From positions 1 through 59,163 of the forward strand of contig DATMHT010000404.1 of the NCBI GenBank assembly GCA_035554795.1: a stretch of DNA of 59,163 nt, read 5' to 3'. This DNA comes from Gemmatimonadaceae bacterium (GTDB lineage Bacteria > Gemmatimonadota > Gemmatimonadetes > Gemmatimonadales > Gemmatimonadaceae). Within the stretch, counting starts at the first letter, position 1. The number at the start of each line of letters is the position of its first letter. A program made the position numbers and the translations under genes. Under the pieces are notes generated by a model. The model was given only the letters and a program-made list of their open reading frames with translations. It searched no databases and was not told the origin of the DNA. Below are positions 1-10,000 of this stretch, in pieces.

Positions 1-61
1 TCGCGCCCACCGCCCACCGCGTCCCTCTTACCGCAATCCGCCGCCCGGCTACCTTCCGCCC

Positions 62-1186
62 ATGACGTCGCCCCAGACCGCTACCGACGCGCTCCACGTG
101 CGCGGCGCCGCCGTCGTCTACCGGCTCTACGACGTCGGCTACGAGATCGCGCTCGACCGCGCGCTCGACCTGCTCGCGTCGAGCGCGCCCGAGCGTGTGC
201 GGCCGGTGCGTGGCGAGGCGCAGGCGATCCAGATCCCGAATCCGCCGATCACCGTGATCCTTGGCGCCGAGCAGCTCGTCGTCGGCGGGCGGACGCGCGA
301 CGTCGAGCTCTCGGCGCGCATCTTCGACTTCGGCGTCGTCTCGATCCGCGTCCGCGTCCCCGCGCCCGGCGACCTGACGTGGGAGGCGTTCACCGCCTTC
401 GGCAACGCCATCGACGCCGACACCGATCTCGCCGCGCTCTTCGATCAGCACGCGCGGCTGCTGACCGAGCGGATCCGGCCGGCGATCGAGCGGCCGCAGC
501 GCGCGCCCGTCACCGAGGACTACATCGTCTACCGGATCACGCGGCTGCGCGGCCCGGACGATGCGCAGCTGCCGGCGGGGGTGCTGCGCGACGTGGACGT
601 CGTCCCGCTCCTGCTCAACGAGTCGCGCCCGCTCTCCGACGACGCGCGGCGCGAGCTGCTGCCGCACCGCTTCTCGTACTACGCCGACGACCTCGCGATC
701 CTGACCTGGGACAACGCGCTCGTCGTGGACCCGGTCGAGCACGACACGGACGTCCAGTTCATCCTCGAGTTCGCGAACGCGCAGCTGCTCGAGCTGCGCT
801 ACTACGACGCCGTCCTCGACGCCGAGCTGCCGGCGATGTACGACCGGATCGAGGCCGCGCGCACCGGGCTGCGGCTCACGCGTCGCTACGCCCAGCTCCT
901 CGCCGACCTGCAGCGTCTCGTCGCCGACTCGACCGAGCTCGTCGAGCGCGTCGAGAACTCGCTCAAGGTCACCGACGACGTCTACCTCGCGCGCATCTAC
1001 TCGGCGGCGCTCGACATCTTCCGCGGCCGCGCCTGGCGCGCCGGCATCGATCGGAAGCTCGGCATCATTCGCGAGACGTACGCGATGCTGAATGGCGAGG
1101 CGCAGGCCCGGCGCGGCGAGGTGCTCGAGGTCGCGATCGTTCTGCTCATCGTCGCCGAGCTGGTGCTCGGGCTGCTGCGCGCGTGA
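62..1186 (+). CDS. DUF155/RMD1-like protein with C-terminal membrane anchor
   Basis: 374-aa ORF with ATG at 62 and strong GC3 bias. Soluble domain followed by one C-terminal TM helix (VLEVAIVLLIVAELVLGLL). This architecture is typical of DUF155/Rmd1-YagE family proteins. Family call is from memory, not searched. Confidence 0.55.
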   Translation: MTSPQTATDALHVRGAAVVYRLYDVGYEIALDRALDLLASSAPERVRPVRGEAQAIQIPNPPITVILGAEQLVVGGRTRDVELSARIFDFGVVSIRVRVPAPGDLTWEAFTAFGNAIDADTDLAALFDQHARLLTERIRPAIERPQRAPVTEDYIVYRITRLRGPDDAQLPAGVLRDVDVVPLLLNESRPLSDDARRELLPHRFSYYADDLAILTWDNALVVDPVEHDTDVQFILEFANAQLLELRYYDAVLDAELPAMYDRIEAARTGLRLTRRYAQLLADLQRLVADSTELVERVENSLKVTDDVYLARIYSAALDIFRGRAWRAGIDRKLGIIRETYAMLNGEAQARRGEVLEVAIVLLIVAELVLGLLRA

Positions 1187-1195
1187 TGGAGTCGC

Positions 1196-1474
1196 CTACC
1201 AGTCCCCCCGCTTCTCCCCCCGCGCGTAGGCGGCGAGGGCGGTGAAGATCCACCCGCCGTTGCCGACGCCGACGCCCGCGTAGAACGCGGCGCGGCCGAG
1301 TGTCAGGTCGGTGGTGTGGGCGCTCCAGAGGATGAGGAAGATGCCGGCGCCCGCCCACGCGACGCACTGGATCGCCGTCCACGTCAGGTCGCGCCGCGTG
1401 ATGCGCCGCGCCTCCACCGCCTCCGCCGCCCGGCGGCGGCCCATCTCCTTCATCAGTTCGTCGCGGGTCTGCAT
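1196..1474 (-). CDS. small hypothetical membrane protein (2 predicted TM helices)
   Basis: Internal ATG (cat at 1472-1474) of the 1196..1561 ORF gives MQTRDELMKEM..., with two hydrophobic stretches (AIQCVAWAGAGIFLILW, GVGVGNGGWIFTALAAY). No recognisable family. Confidence 0.45.
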   Translation of the reverse strand: MQTRDELMKEMGRRRAAEAVEARRITRRDLTWTAIQCVAWAGAGIFLILWSAHTTDLTLGRAAFYAGVGVGNGGWIFTALAAYARGEKRGDW

Positions 1475-1576
1475 CGGCGCGGCTCCGAGTGGTGTCGTCG
1501 TCGTGGGCCACGAAGATATGGCGCACTCCGTGGCGGACACCAGCCACGCCGACGGCCTCACGTCGCTCGCGACCCG

Positions 1577-2428
1577 CTACCCCTTACCCGCTACCCGCTC
1601 CTCTACCCAGCGCACGATCTCGCTCGCCGGCTCTTCCCAGCCCGGCTCGATCAGGATGAGGTGGCCATGGTCGGCGAACTCGCGGTACGTCGCGCGCGCG
1701 CCGTACTTCTTCGCGATGCGCCGACCGACGCGTGCCGGCACCAGCCGGTCGTCCGTCGCCGTGCAGACGAGCAGCGGGCAGCGCACCCGCTCGGCGTCCA
1801 CCGCGAGCGCCCCGAGCGAGAGGTCGCGCCCGACGCGCCCGCTCTCGGGGACGAACCGCGCGTACAGCGCCGCGCGCTCCTCGAGCGGGATGCGGTTGAA
1901 GTTGAGCGCCTCGACGCCGGCGGCCGAGCCGACGATGGCGCGCCCGCGCAGGATCGGCCACAGATACTGCAGCTGGTAGCGGAGCAGCCTCGGGCTCGTC
2001 ACCGCGATCCCGCTCGGCGGCGCCGTGCACAGCAGCACCGCCGCGTCCACCACGCCACGCTCGGCCAGCTTCTGCGCGATCAGGCCACCCATCGAGTGGC
2101 CGACGATCACCGGCCGCTCGACGCCGTACGCGTCGGCCAGAGCGCGCGCCGCCTCCACGGCGTCGTCCACGTACGCCTGCAGCGGCAGGCGCCCGAAGTC
2201 CGCCACCGGTCGGCTGCCGTAGTGCCCGCGCAGGTTGACGGCCCAGCTCGCGTAGCCGCGCGCGGCGAAGAAGCGCTGGTAGCGCTCGAAGATCCAGGCG
2301 CCGGCCATCATCCCGTGCACGAAGAGCACGGGCGGCCGAGTCGGCGCCGCGCCCGGCAGGCCGGCAGCGGCGGCGTCGGCCGCCACAGAGACCGCGGTCA
2401 GACCGTCGAGGGTGACGAGTTGGGGCAT
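1577..2428 (-). CDS. alpha/beta-fold hydrolase
   Basis: Nucleophile elbow GHSMGG, oxyanion-region LFVHGMMAG and C-terminal His region (FADHGH). Start taken at MPQLVTLDG (ATG 2428); an upstream GTG/ATG at 2539/2536 is possible. Confidence 0.8.
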   Translation of the reverse strand: MPQLVTLDGLTAVSVAADAAAAGLPGAAPTRPPVLFVHGMMAGAWIFERYQRFFAARGYASWAVNLRGHYGSRPVADFGRLPLQAYVDDAVEAARALADAYGVERPVIVGHSMGGLIAQKLAERGVVDAAVLLCTAPPSGIAVTSPRLLRYQLQYLWPILRGRAIVGSAAGVEALNFNRIPLEERAALYARFVPESGRVGRDLSLGALAVDAERVRCPLLVCTATDDRLVPARVGRRIAKKYGARATYREFADHGHLILIEPGWEEPASEIVRWVEERVAGKG

Positions 2429-2581
2429 CGCGAGCCGCGGACGAGAGGAAGGGCAGGGCGCCGAGACGAGCGCACCATTCGCGCCGCGCCACGAACGGGC
2501 GGGTCGCTGCCGGGATAGACGACGCATCGGGTCCATCACGCTCGCACGACGCCCCGCCGCCGCGCGGCTACCTTTCCCCGC

Positions 2582-2932
2582 ATGTCGTCACCTCCCGCCG
2601 CCCCGGCGGTTCTTCCGCAGATGGAGCCGTACTCGCGCCACGTGCTCGTGTGCACCGGCGGCTACTGCTCCACCGACCGCCGCGGCCGGGCGCTGTACGC
2701 GCACCTCGCGTCGCTCCTGCAGCGCGAAGGACTCCTCTTCGGCCCGACGCGCGTCAAGCGCGGCGAGACGCCATGCCTCGGCGTCTGCGCCGGCGGCCCG
2801 ATCGTCGTCGTCTACCCCGACGGCATCTGGTACGCCGGCGTCACGCCCGCCCTCCTCGAGCGCATCGTCGTCGAGCATTTGAAGGGAGGAAAGGTGGTGG
2901 AGGAGGCGGTGTTTCACAGACTGAGGGCCTAG
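2582..2932 (+). CDS. thioredoxin-like [2Fe-2S] ferredoxin
   Basis: 116 aa. Cys ligand pattern VCTGGYC ... PCLGVCAGGP followed by VVVYPDGIWY, characteristic of thioredoxin-like 2Fe-2S ferredoxins. Confidence 0.75.
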   Translation: MSSPPAAPAVLPQMEPYSRHVLVCTGGYCSTDRRGRALYAHLASLLQREGLLFGPTRVKRGETPCLGVCAGGPIVVVYPDGIWYAGVTPALLERIVVEHLKGGKVVEEAVFHRLRA

Positions 2933-3020
2933 GGCCTGGGCCCTGTGTTCCCCGTCACTGCACCTCCCGATCCCCCCGCTCATCCTGACCGGTGACCCAT
3001 CCACCGGTACGCCACCAGCG

Positions 3021-3272
3021 ATGAAGGGAGATGGCATGCTGTACGAGCGTACGCGCACCGAGGGGAGCAGGGTCCGGATCCGTCGCGTGAGCGCCCGCGG
3101 CGCGATGCCGGTGATCGCGGTGCTGGAGTGCGCGACGACCGCGGCCCTGCCGCTCGCGCTGCTCGAGGTCGCCGCCGAGACCGAGCTCGACGCGCTGATC
3201 CTGCTCGAGCCCTACGCGCGCAGCGAGAGCGCGATCGCGAAGCTGGCGGAAGGGCTTGGGGGAGTCGCGTAA
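3021..3272 (+). CDS. hypothetical protein
   Basis: 83-aa ORF with very high GC3. Ends in TAA directly at the foot of a 32-bp perfect hairpin. No family recognised. Confidence 0.45.
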   Translation: MKGDGMLYERTRTEGSRVRIRRVSARGAMPVIAVLECATTAALPLALLEVAAETELDALILLEPYARSESAIAKLAEGLGGVA

Positions 3273-3345
3273 CGGGTAAGGGGTAACGGGTAAGGGGTAA
3301 CGGGTCTCGATCTCCCGTTACCCCTTACCCGTTACCCCTTACCCG
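3273..3345. terminator. perfect 32-bp inverted repeat (G-tract arm / C-tract arm) between convergent genes
   Basis: Left arm CGGGTAAGGGGTAACGGGTAAGGGGTAACGGG (3273-3304), loop TCTCGATCT, then the exact reverse complement (3314-3345). The right arm overlaps the last 7 nt of htpX. Each arm is itself 2x a 14-nt unit. Confidence 0.85.
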
Positions 3346-4184
3346 ACCACCATCGCCCGCAATCTCTCCACCCGCTCCTCCGTCGGCGGGTGTGTCGAGA
3401 AGAGCGACGTGATGCCGCGTCGGCCGTAGGCGGCGAGCGGGTCCACCTGCGCGAGTGGGGCGACCGCCGGCGAGACGTGCATCGGGATGCGGTGCGCCGC
3501 GGCGTCGAGCTTCTCGAGCGCCCCGGCGAGCGCGAGCGGCTGCCCCGAGATCTCGGCGCCGACCGCGTCCGCCTTGAACTCGCGCTGGCGGCTGATCGCG
3601 AACTGGATCAGCATCGCGGCGATCGGGGCCAACAGCGCGAGGGCGAGCGCGGCGATCGGGTTGCCGCCGTTGCCGTCGTCGTCGCGTCCGCCGCCGAACC
3701 AGAGGCCGAAGTGGGCGACGTTGCTGATCGCGCCGGCCATCGTCGCCGCCACCGTCTGCAGCAGCATGTCGTGGTTCTTCACGTGCGCGAGCTCGTGCGC
3801 GAGCACCCCCTCGAGCTCCTCGCGCGAGACGAGGCGCAGGATCCCCTCGGTCACGCACACCACCGCGTGCTCCGGGTTGCGACCGGTGGCGAAGGCGTTC
3901 GGCTGCTCGTGCGGCGCGATCGCGACCGTCGGCATCGGCAGCCCGGCCCGCTGGCGCAGCCGGTCCACGATCGCGTAGAGCTCCGGCGCCTGGCTCGCGT
4001 CCACGACCCGCGCGCCGTACATGCGCAGCACCATGGACGACGACGCGTAGTACATCACGAAGTTCATCACGCCCGCCATGACGAGCGCGATCGTCATGCC
4101 GCTCGAGCCGCCGATCATGCCGCCGAGCGCGACGAAGAGGGCCGTCAGGCCCGCCATCAGGACGAAGACTTTCACGTTGTTCAT
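3339..4184 (-). CDS. htpX: zinc metalloprotease HtpX (peptidase M48)
   Basis: 281 aa. N-terminal TM helices, HELAH zinc motif (LAHELAHVKNHD), PNAFATG motif and C-terminal STHPPTEERV. Textbook HtpX layout. Confidence 0.92.
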   Translation of the reverse strand: MNNVKVFVLMAGLTALFVALGGMIGGSSGMTIALVMAGVMNFVMYYASSSMVLRMYGARVVDASQAPELYAIVDRLRQRAGLPMPTVAIAPHEQPNAFATGRNPEHAVVCVTEGILRLVSREELEGVLAHELAHVKNHDMLLQTVAATMAGAISNVAHFGLWFGGGRDDDGNGGNPIAALALALLAPIAAMLIQFAISRQREFKADAVGAEISGQPLALAGALEKLDAAAHRIPMHVSPAVAPLAQVDPLAAYGRRGITSLFSTHPPTEERVERLRAMVVG

Positions 4185-4472
4185 GACCGATTCCTCCCGG
4201 GAATCGTGGGTCCGAACGCGCGAAAGGCGAGCCCTCCGCGCGGCCGCGTCGCGGCGAGGCCCATGCGCCTCGCCGACGTCGGCTGTGCGAAGGTCTCGCC
4301 TGGTCGGAACGGACCCGGCCGAACCGTGCGCCGCCCACCGGCAACTCCGGCGGCGCAGTCCTGACGATTCGGTCGCGCGACGCCCGGCTCATCGCTCGTG
4401 CGTCGCGTAGCTACTCCCCTTCTTGCCCGGGGAAATTTAATCGGCGCGCGCCGCGGGAGCGAGGGCCCGGCG

Positions 4473-4790
4473 TCAGTCGCCGAGCGCCGCCAGCCCGCCC
4501 TTGCGCATCTCCTCCTCGACCGCACGCAGGTGCCGGGCGTAGACGTGCGGCGCGGCGTAGCGGTAGAAGTTGGCGCGCGCCGCCGGCTCGGCGAGCAGGA
4601 ACTGCGCGAGGCGTCGATGCCCCTTGAGCGCGTTGCACGCCCCGCACGCGGTCACTACGTTTCCGGCGGAGTTGTCGCCCCCGCGCACCCGCGGCTGCAC
4701 GTGGTCCACGGTCAGCTCCTCGGCGGGAAAGGTCTGCCCGCAGTAGACGCACCGGTACCCGTCGCGCGCGAAGACCTCGTCACGCCGCAA
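4473..4790 (-). CDS. HNH endonuclease
   Basis: 105 aa. CVYCG ... DHVQP..RGG ... N ... CGACN matches the HNH CxxC...H...N...CxxC zinc-finger nuclease signature. The only available start is TTG at 4790. Confidence 0.8.
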   Translation of the reverse strand: MRRDEVFARDGYRCVYCGQTFPAEELTVDHVQPRVRGGDNSAGNVVTACGACNALKGHRRLAQFLLAEPAARANFYRYAAPHVYARHLRAVEEEMRKGGLAALGD

Positions 4791-5131
4791 TGATCGACCC
4801 CCTGGATCGCCGGCGCGCGATGATCGACGCCGCGAAGCGCTTCCTCATCGACCCCGCCGCGGAGCGACTCGGCGAGGGGCGCGACCCGCGCCTCGCGCCC
4901 GACGACTCGCCGCCGCGCCTCACGCTCCGAGCCCTCGAGAAAATCCGCATGTCCCGCTCCCGCGAACGGATCCTGGAAAACCTGGACGAGATGTACCGCG
5001 AGGCCTTCGAGCGCGCCAAGGCCACCGGCGACCAGGCCCAGATGACCACGCTCGACTTCGCCTACCGCCGCGAGCAGCTCTACTTCGAGATCCTCCTCGA
5101 CGTCCGCGACGCGGTGGAGCAGCGGCGATAA
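4790..5131 (+). CDS. hypothetical protein
   Basis: 113-aa ORF with high GC3, helical and charged. ATG at 4790, alternative ATG at 4820. No family recognised. Confidence 0.5.
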   Translation: MIDPLDRRRAMIDAAKRFLIDPAAERLGEGRDPRLAPDDSPPRLTLRALEKIRMSRSRERILENLDEMYREAFERAKATGDQAQMTTLDFAYRREQLYFEILLDVRDAVEQRR

Positions 5132-5266
5132 GCGGTAAGTGGGGCCGGTGAGCGGGAGGCGGTACGCGGGAAGCGCAAGCCGTGAATCGCGGCGGGGCCG
5201 GGATCCCGACACGGGCGCCGGCCCCTCGTAGGTTCTCGCTTACCGCTCACCGCCTCCCGCTTACCG
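5130..5266. repeat. imperfect long palindromic element between convergent genes
   Basis: CGGTGAGCGGGAGGCGGT (5146-5163) pairs 17/18 with ACCGCCTCCCGCTTACCG (5249-5266). Inner 8-bp hairpin GGGGCCGG (5194-5201) / CCGGCCCC (5218-5225). The arms are built from GGTAAG/GGTGAG/GGGAGG units. The right arm overlaps the terC 3' end. Confidence 0.7.
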
Positions 5267-6238
5267 GTCCATCTCCTTCGCCGGGAACAGCAGGCTCCCC
5301 CCGATGGATACCGCCAGCACCGCGGCGACGATGCCGAGCGACGCGACGATCGGCACTTCCACCCACCGCTCGCCGAGCATCTTCACGCCGATGAAGACGA
5401 GGATGACGGCGAGGCCGTAGCGCAGCAGGTAGAACTTCTGCACGACGTGCGCGAGCAGGAAGTAGAGCGAGCGCAGCCCGAGCACGGCGAAGATGTTCGA
5501 CGTGTAGACGAGAAACGGGTCGCGCGTGATCGAGAAGATCGCCGGGATCGAGTCGATGGCGAAGACGAGGTCCGTCACCTCGACCATCACGAGCACGAGC
5601 AGCAGTGGCGACGCCAGCCACCGCCCGTCCGGCCTGCCGCCCTCGCGCACGAAGAAGTGCTTCCCCTCGATCCGCGGCGCGAGCGGGATCACGCGGCGGA
5701 TGAAGCGGGCGACCGCGTTGTCGTCGCCATGGAAGCCGTCGTCGTCGCGGATCGCCATGCGCACGCCCGTGAACACGAGCAGCGCGCCGAAGAGGTAGAG
5801 CACCCAGTGGAAGCGGGTGATCAGCAGCGTGCCGAGGGCGATGAAGGTGCCGCGCATGATCAGCGCGCCGAGGATCCCCCAGAAGAGCACGCGGTGCTGG
5901 TACTTCGCCGGGATGTTGAAGTAGGCGAAGATCAGCACGATCACGAAGATGTTGTCGACGCTCAGCGCCTCCTCGATCACGTAGCCGGTGAGGAAGGTGA
6001 GCGCGGCCGGCGTGCCCGCGTACCAGTTCAGCCCGGCCGCGAAGGCGAGCGCCAGCGTCACCCACACCGCCGTCCACGTCCCCGCTTCCTTCGGCGTGAT
6101 GACGTGCGCCTTGCGGTTGAAGACGCCGAGGTCCAGCGCCAGCATCGCGAGGACGAAGACGTTGAAGCCGACCCAGAACCAGAGGTTGGGCGCGACGTGG
6201 GGCGTTTCGGCGGCGAGAGCGGCGGCGGTGAGGAGCAC
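5261..6238 (-). CDS. TerC/Alx-family integral membrane protein
   Basis: 325 aa and multi-TM. Conserved LSVDNIFV and AIDSIPAIF motifs of the TerC family. GTG start at 6238. Confidence 0.9.
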   Translation of the reverse strand: MLLTAAALAAETPHVAPNLWFWVGFNVFVLAMLALDLGVFNRKAHVITPKEAGTWTAVWVTLALAFAAGLNWYAGTPAALTFLTGYVIEEALSVDNIFVIVLIFAYFNIPAKYQHRVLFWGILGALIMRGTFIALGTLLITRFHWVLYLFGALLVFTGVRMAIRDDDGFHGDDNAVARFIRRVIPLAPRIEGKHFFVREGGRPDGRWLASPLLLVLVMVEVTDLVFAIDSIPAIFSITRDPFLVYTSNIFAVLGLRSLYFLLAHVVQKFYLLRYGLAVILVFIGVKMLGERWVEVPIVASLGIVAAVLAVSIGGSLLFPAKEMDR

Positions 6239-6334
6239 GGGCGGAAGTTAGCGCGCCCGGCGGCGCCACGTCAGCGAGGCTCGCCGCGCCGCGCCGGTCG
6301 CGCTGATCGCGCGCGGGCGCGCTACATTCCCGGC

Positions 6335-6808
6335 ATGTCCGACCCTTCGTTCCGCGATCCCTCGCGCGCCGACGCGGCGCGCGGCGACGCGACGAGTGGC
6401 GACACGCGCGCGCGCCTCGAGCGCGCCGTCGCGGGGCTCGTCTACTCGAGCGAGGGGGACGCGCCTTTCACGTACGTGGAGCTCGCGCCGCCGGGCGCGG
6501 TCGCCGAGCCGGTCTCGCCGGCGCTCGTCGCGCGTCTCGCGGGTGCGCCGGCCGGGTCGCGTCTCGAGGAGCGTACCCTCGACGCCTTCCTCGCCCGCCA
6601 CCGTGGGCGCGTGGACCCCGCCGACGCCGCGGCGCAGGCGCTCCGCCCCCGCTACGACGCGCTCGCCGCCGTGCTGCGCGAGACGCTCGCCGACCCGCGG
6701 GCGGTGCGGGTCGTGGTGCCGGGGCGGGCCGAGGTGCGCTGCTACGTGGTCGGGCGCGACGCCCGCGGCGCCATCGCCGGGCTGGCGACGACGGCGATCG
6801 AGACCTGA
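6335..6808 (+). CDS. nuiA: nuclease A inhibitor (NuiA)-like protein
   Basis: 157 aa, the 3' third of the 5447..6808 ORF, ATG at 6335. GLVYSSEGDAPFTYVEL and C-terminal CYVVGRDARGAIAGLATTAIET parallel Anabaena NuiA as I recall it (LLFMSESEYPFEVF ... VYVIGETPAGNLAGISTKVVET). It lies directly upstream of a NucA-type nuclease. Confidence 0.8.
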   Translation: MSDPSFRDPSRADAARGDATSGDTRARLERAVAGLVYSSEGDAPFTYVELAPPGAVAEPVSPALVARLAGAPAGSRLEERTLDAFLARHRGRVDPADAAAQALRPRYDALAAVLRETLADPRAVRVVVPGRAEVRCYVVGRDARGAIAGLATTAIET

Positions 6809-7065
6809 CGGAGCTGTCGCGGCCTAACGACGACTGTCGCGCGGAAGCGACGACCCGGCCCCGCCGCGGTCGCGCCGGCGGCGCGGACAATCTGTCCATT
6901 TTCGGCGCGTTCTCCCGGGGAGCGAGAGGGGCGTAGCACCGAGGGCTCTCGTCGCGTGGCCGCCGCACGCTCCTTGCCCCTCGCCCCCCCGCCGTGCCGT
7001 CGTCCGGCGTGACGCCGCCCTCCCGCGTCGCTGCCGACCCGCCGATACCCCCCAGAGTCGTCTCC

Positions 7066-10000
7066 ATGCGCCCCACTTCGACGCACACCCTGCGTAGCGC
7101 CCTGCTGGCGCTTGCGCTCGTTTCCTGTACGTCCGACCGCGCGCTCGGTCCCGATCGGGCCGGCCCGTCGCTCCGCGGCGACGGCCTGACGTCCGGCCCG
7201 TCGCTCGTCATCACCGAGTTCATGTCCGACCCGAGCGCGGTCCTCGACGGCTCGGGCGAGTGGTTCGAGCTCTACAACCCGACGGCGAGCGACATCGACC
7301 TGAGCGGCTATCGGATCGTCTCCGGCTCCGGGTCGCTCGGCACCGAGTCGGCGACGATCAACGCCGCCGCGGGCACCGTGATCGCCCCGGCCGGCGGCTA
7401 CGTCGTGATCGGCAACAACACGAATTTCGCGACGAACGGCGGCGTCACCGAGGCCTACTCGTACGGCGGCTCGATCGCCCTCGCCAACAACACGACCGAC
7501 TGGCTCGCGATCAAGGACCGCAACGGCGTCCTCCTCGACTCGATCGCCTACTCGGCCAGCACCGTGACCGTGGACGCGACGGGCAAGCTGCTCTCGCGGA
7601 CGATCACGTCGCCGTCCATCCAGCCGCCGGCCGGCGTCTCGCGCGCCGTGAAGGACCCGCTCGCCGACAACACGATCGTCGCCGACCCCACCAACTGGAC
7701 GAGCGGCGCGGCCCCCTACGGCGCCGGCGACCTCGGCTCGCCCGGCGCGGTGAACCCGGTCCCGGGTCCGGTGGCGACCGTCGTCCCGCGCATCTCGTAC
7801 GTCGTCCAGAACGCGCCCTTCACGATCACGGCGGTCGGCTACGACGCGAACGGGCTCCAGTCGAACACGACGTTCACCTGGACCAGCTCCAACCCCGAGA
7901 TCGCGACCATCACGTCGGCCGGCCGCGCGACCTTCGTCGCGCCCGGCGTCACGATGCTGACGGCGACGAGCGCGAACGGCGTCAGCGGCACGGCGCCGCT
8001 GTTCGCGGTGCTCCCCGGCGACGTCGCCAGCGTCAGCATCGAGTCGAACGACCCGCTGCGGATGCCGGTCGGCTTCACCAAGCCCGAGTTCCCGACGACG
8101 AAGACGACCACGGGCGCCACGGTCACGCCGACCCTCGTCTGGACGAGCTCCGATCCGTCGGTCGCGACGGTGGACCAGCTCGGCTACGTCACGGGCGTCG
8201 CGGCCGGCGACGTCACGATCAGGGCGACGGTGCAGGGCGGCTACGTCTACGGCATCAAGCAGTTCACCATCGAGCCGGCGACGGCGCCGACGAGCGCCGT
8301 CTACCGTAACCACCTCGAGTTCGGCAAGCCGATCTCGGCGACCGGCGACGGCGTGCTGCTCGCCAAGCCGCAGTACGTTCTCTCGTACAACGCGGCGCGT
8401 GGCGGCGCGAACTGGGTGAGCTGGGACATCAACGGCTCGCAGTTCGGCGCCGTGCCGCGCTGCGACTGCTTCTCCGCCGACCAGCAGCTCCCCGCCGACG
8501 TCTACCACGTCGTGGACTTCGACTACCGCAACGGCGGCTACGACCGCGGCCACATGGTGCAGTCGGAGTCGCGCACGACGACCGACCAGGAGAACGCCGC
8601 GACCTTCCTGCTGACGAACATCCTGCCGCAGGCCGCCGCGAACAATCAGGGGCCGTGGTCGCAGCTCGAGAACTACCTCAACGGCCTGGCGCGCAACGAG
8701 GGCAAGGAAGTCTACGTCGTCGCCGGCGGCATCTACGCCGACAACGCGCCGACGCTCAAGAACGAGGGGCGCGTCGCGATCCCGGACTACACGTGGAAGG
8801 TCGCGGTGGTCGTCCCGGCGGGCACGGGCCTCGCCAACATCCACTCGGCCGCCGACCTGCAGGTGATCGCGGTGAAGATGCCGAACCTCACCGAGGCCAA
8901 CGCCACCGCGAGCGCCCCGAACTTCGCCGGTACCAGGAGCGCGACGGGCAACATCCTCAACACGCCCTGGCAGACGTTCGCGACGACGGTGGACCAGATC
9001 GAGATCGCGACGGGCCTCGACCTGCTCTCCGCGCTTCCCGACAACATCGAGCGTCTCGTCGAGAGCACCGACAAGGCGCCGGTCGCGAACGCGGGCGGCC
9101 CGTACGCCGGAAGCGAGGGCTCGCCGATCACCTTCGACGCGGCCGCGTCGAGCGATCCGGACGCCGGTGACGTGCTCACCTACGCCTGGGACTTCGGCGA
9201 CGGCACCACCGGCACGGGCGCGAACCCGCAGCACGCCTACGCCGACAACGGCAGCTACACCGCGACCGTCACGGTCACCGACGGGACAGGCGTCTACGAT
9301 CAGGCGACGGCGACCGTGACCGTCGCCAACGTGGCGCCGGTGATCACGGGCGTCTCGTTCACGACGGATCCGGTGGCGGTCGGCACCCCGGTGACGATCA
9401 CGACGACGTTCACCGACGCCGGCACCGGCGATACGCACGCCGGCACCACCGTCACCTGGGACGACGGCCAGCTCTCCACGGCGACGGTGACGGAGTCGAG
9501 CGGTTCCGGCACCGCGACGGCGACGCGCACCTTCACGCAGGCCGGCGTGTACGTGGTGACCGTCACGGTGACGGACGACGACGGCGGCGCGGCGACGCAG
9601 ACGAGCCGGCAGTACGTCGTCGTCTACGACCCGACCGCGGGCTTCGTGACCGGCGGCGGCTGGATCGACTCGCCGGCGGGCGCCTACGCGTTCGACCCGA
9701 CGCTCGCGGGCAAGGCGACGTTCGGCTTCGTCGCCCGCTACCAGAAGGGCGCCACCGTGCCCAGCGGCAACACCGAGTTCCAGCTCCGCGAGGGCGGCTT
9801 CGAGTTCTCGAGCACCAGCTACCAGTGGCTCGTCGTCGCCGGCACGAGCAAGGCGCAGTTCAAGGGCACCGGCACGATCGCCGGCCGCCCCGGCAGCTAC
9901 GGCTTCCTGCTCACCGCCGTGGACGACGCGTCCGGCGACCGGTTCCGCATCAAGATCTGGGATACGGGCACGAGCACCGTCGTGTACGACAACCAGAGTG

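Noticed and set aside
3273-3345. CRISPR-like or telomere-like repeat (GGGTAAGGGGTAAC units); the same question applies to the 12-bp array at 44949..45008
   Set aside because: There are only two units per arm, arranged as one inverted repeat. There are no spacers of unique sequence, no regular repeat-spacer periodicity and no cas genes in the window.
6239-6334. Possible yybP-ykoY (Mn2+) riboswitch upstream of the TerC-family gene
   Set aside because: TerC/Alx genes often carry this riboswitch. However, the ~96-nt divergent gap lacks the conserved GGGGAGUAG / UUGACA-type blocks as I remember them, and it is barely long enough. A covariance-model scan would settle it.
5447-6808. 453-aa ORF as a single gene
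   Set aside because: Its first two thirds are antisense to the well-supported TerC gene and translate to low-complexity R/E/D/H sequence. Only the segment from the ATG at 6335 (NuiA-like) is credible.
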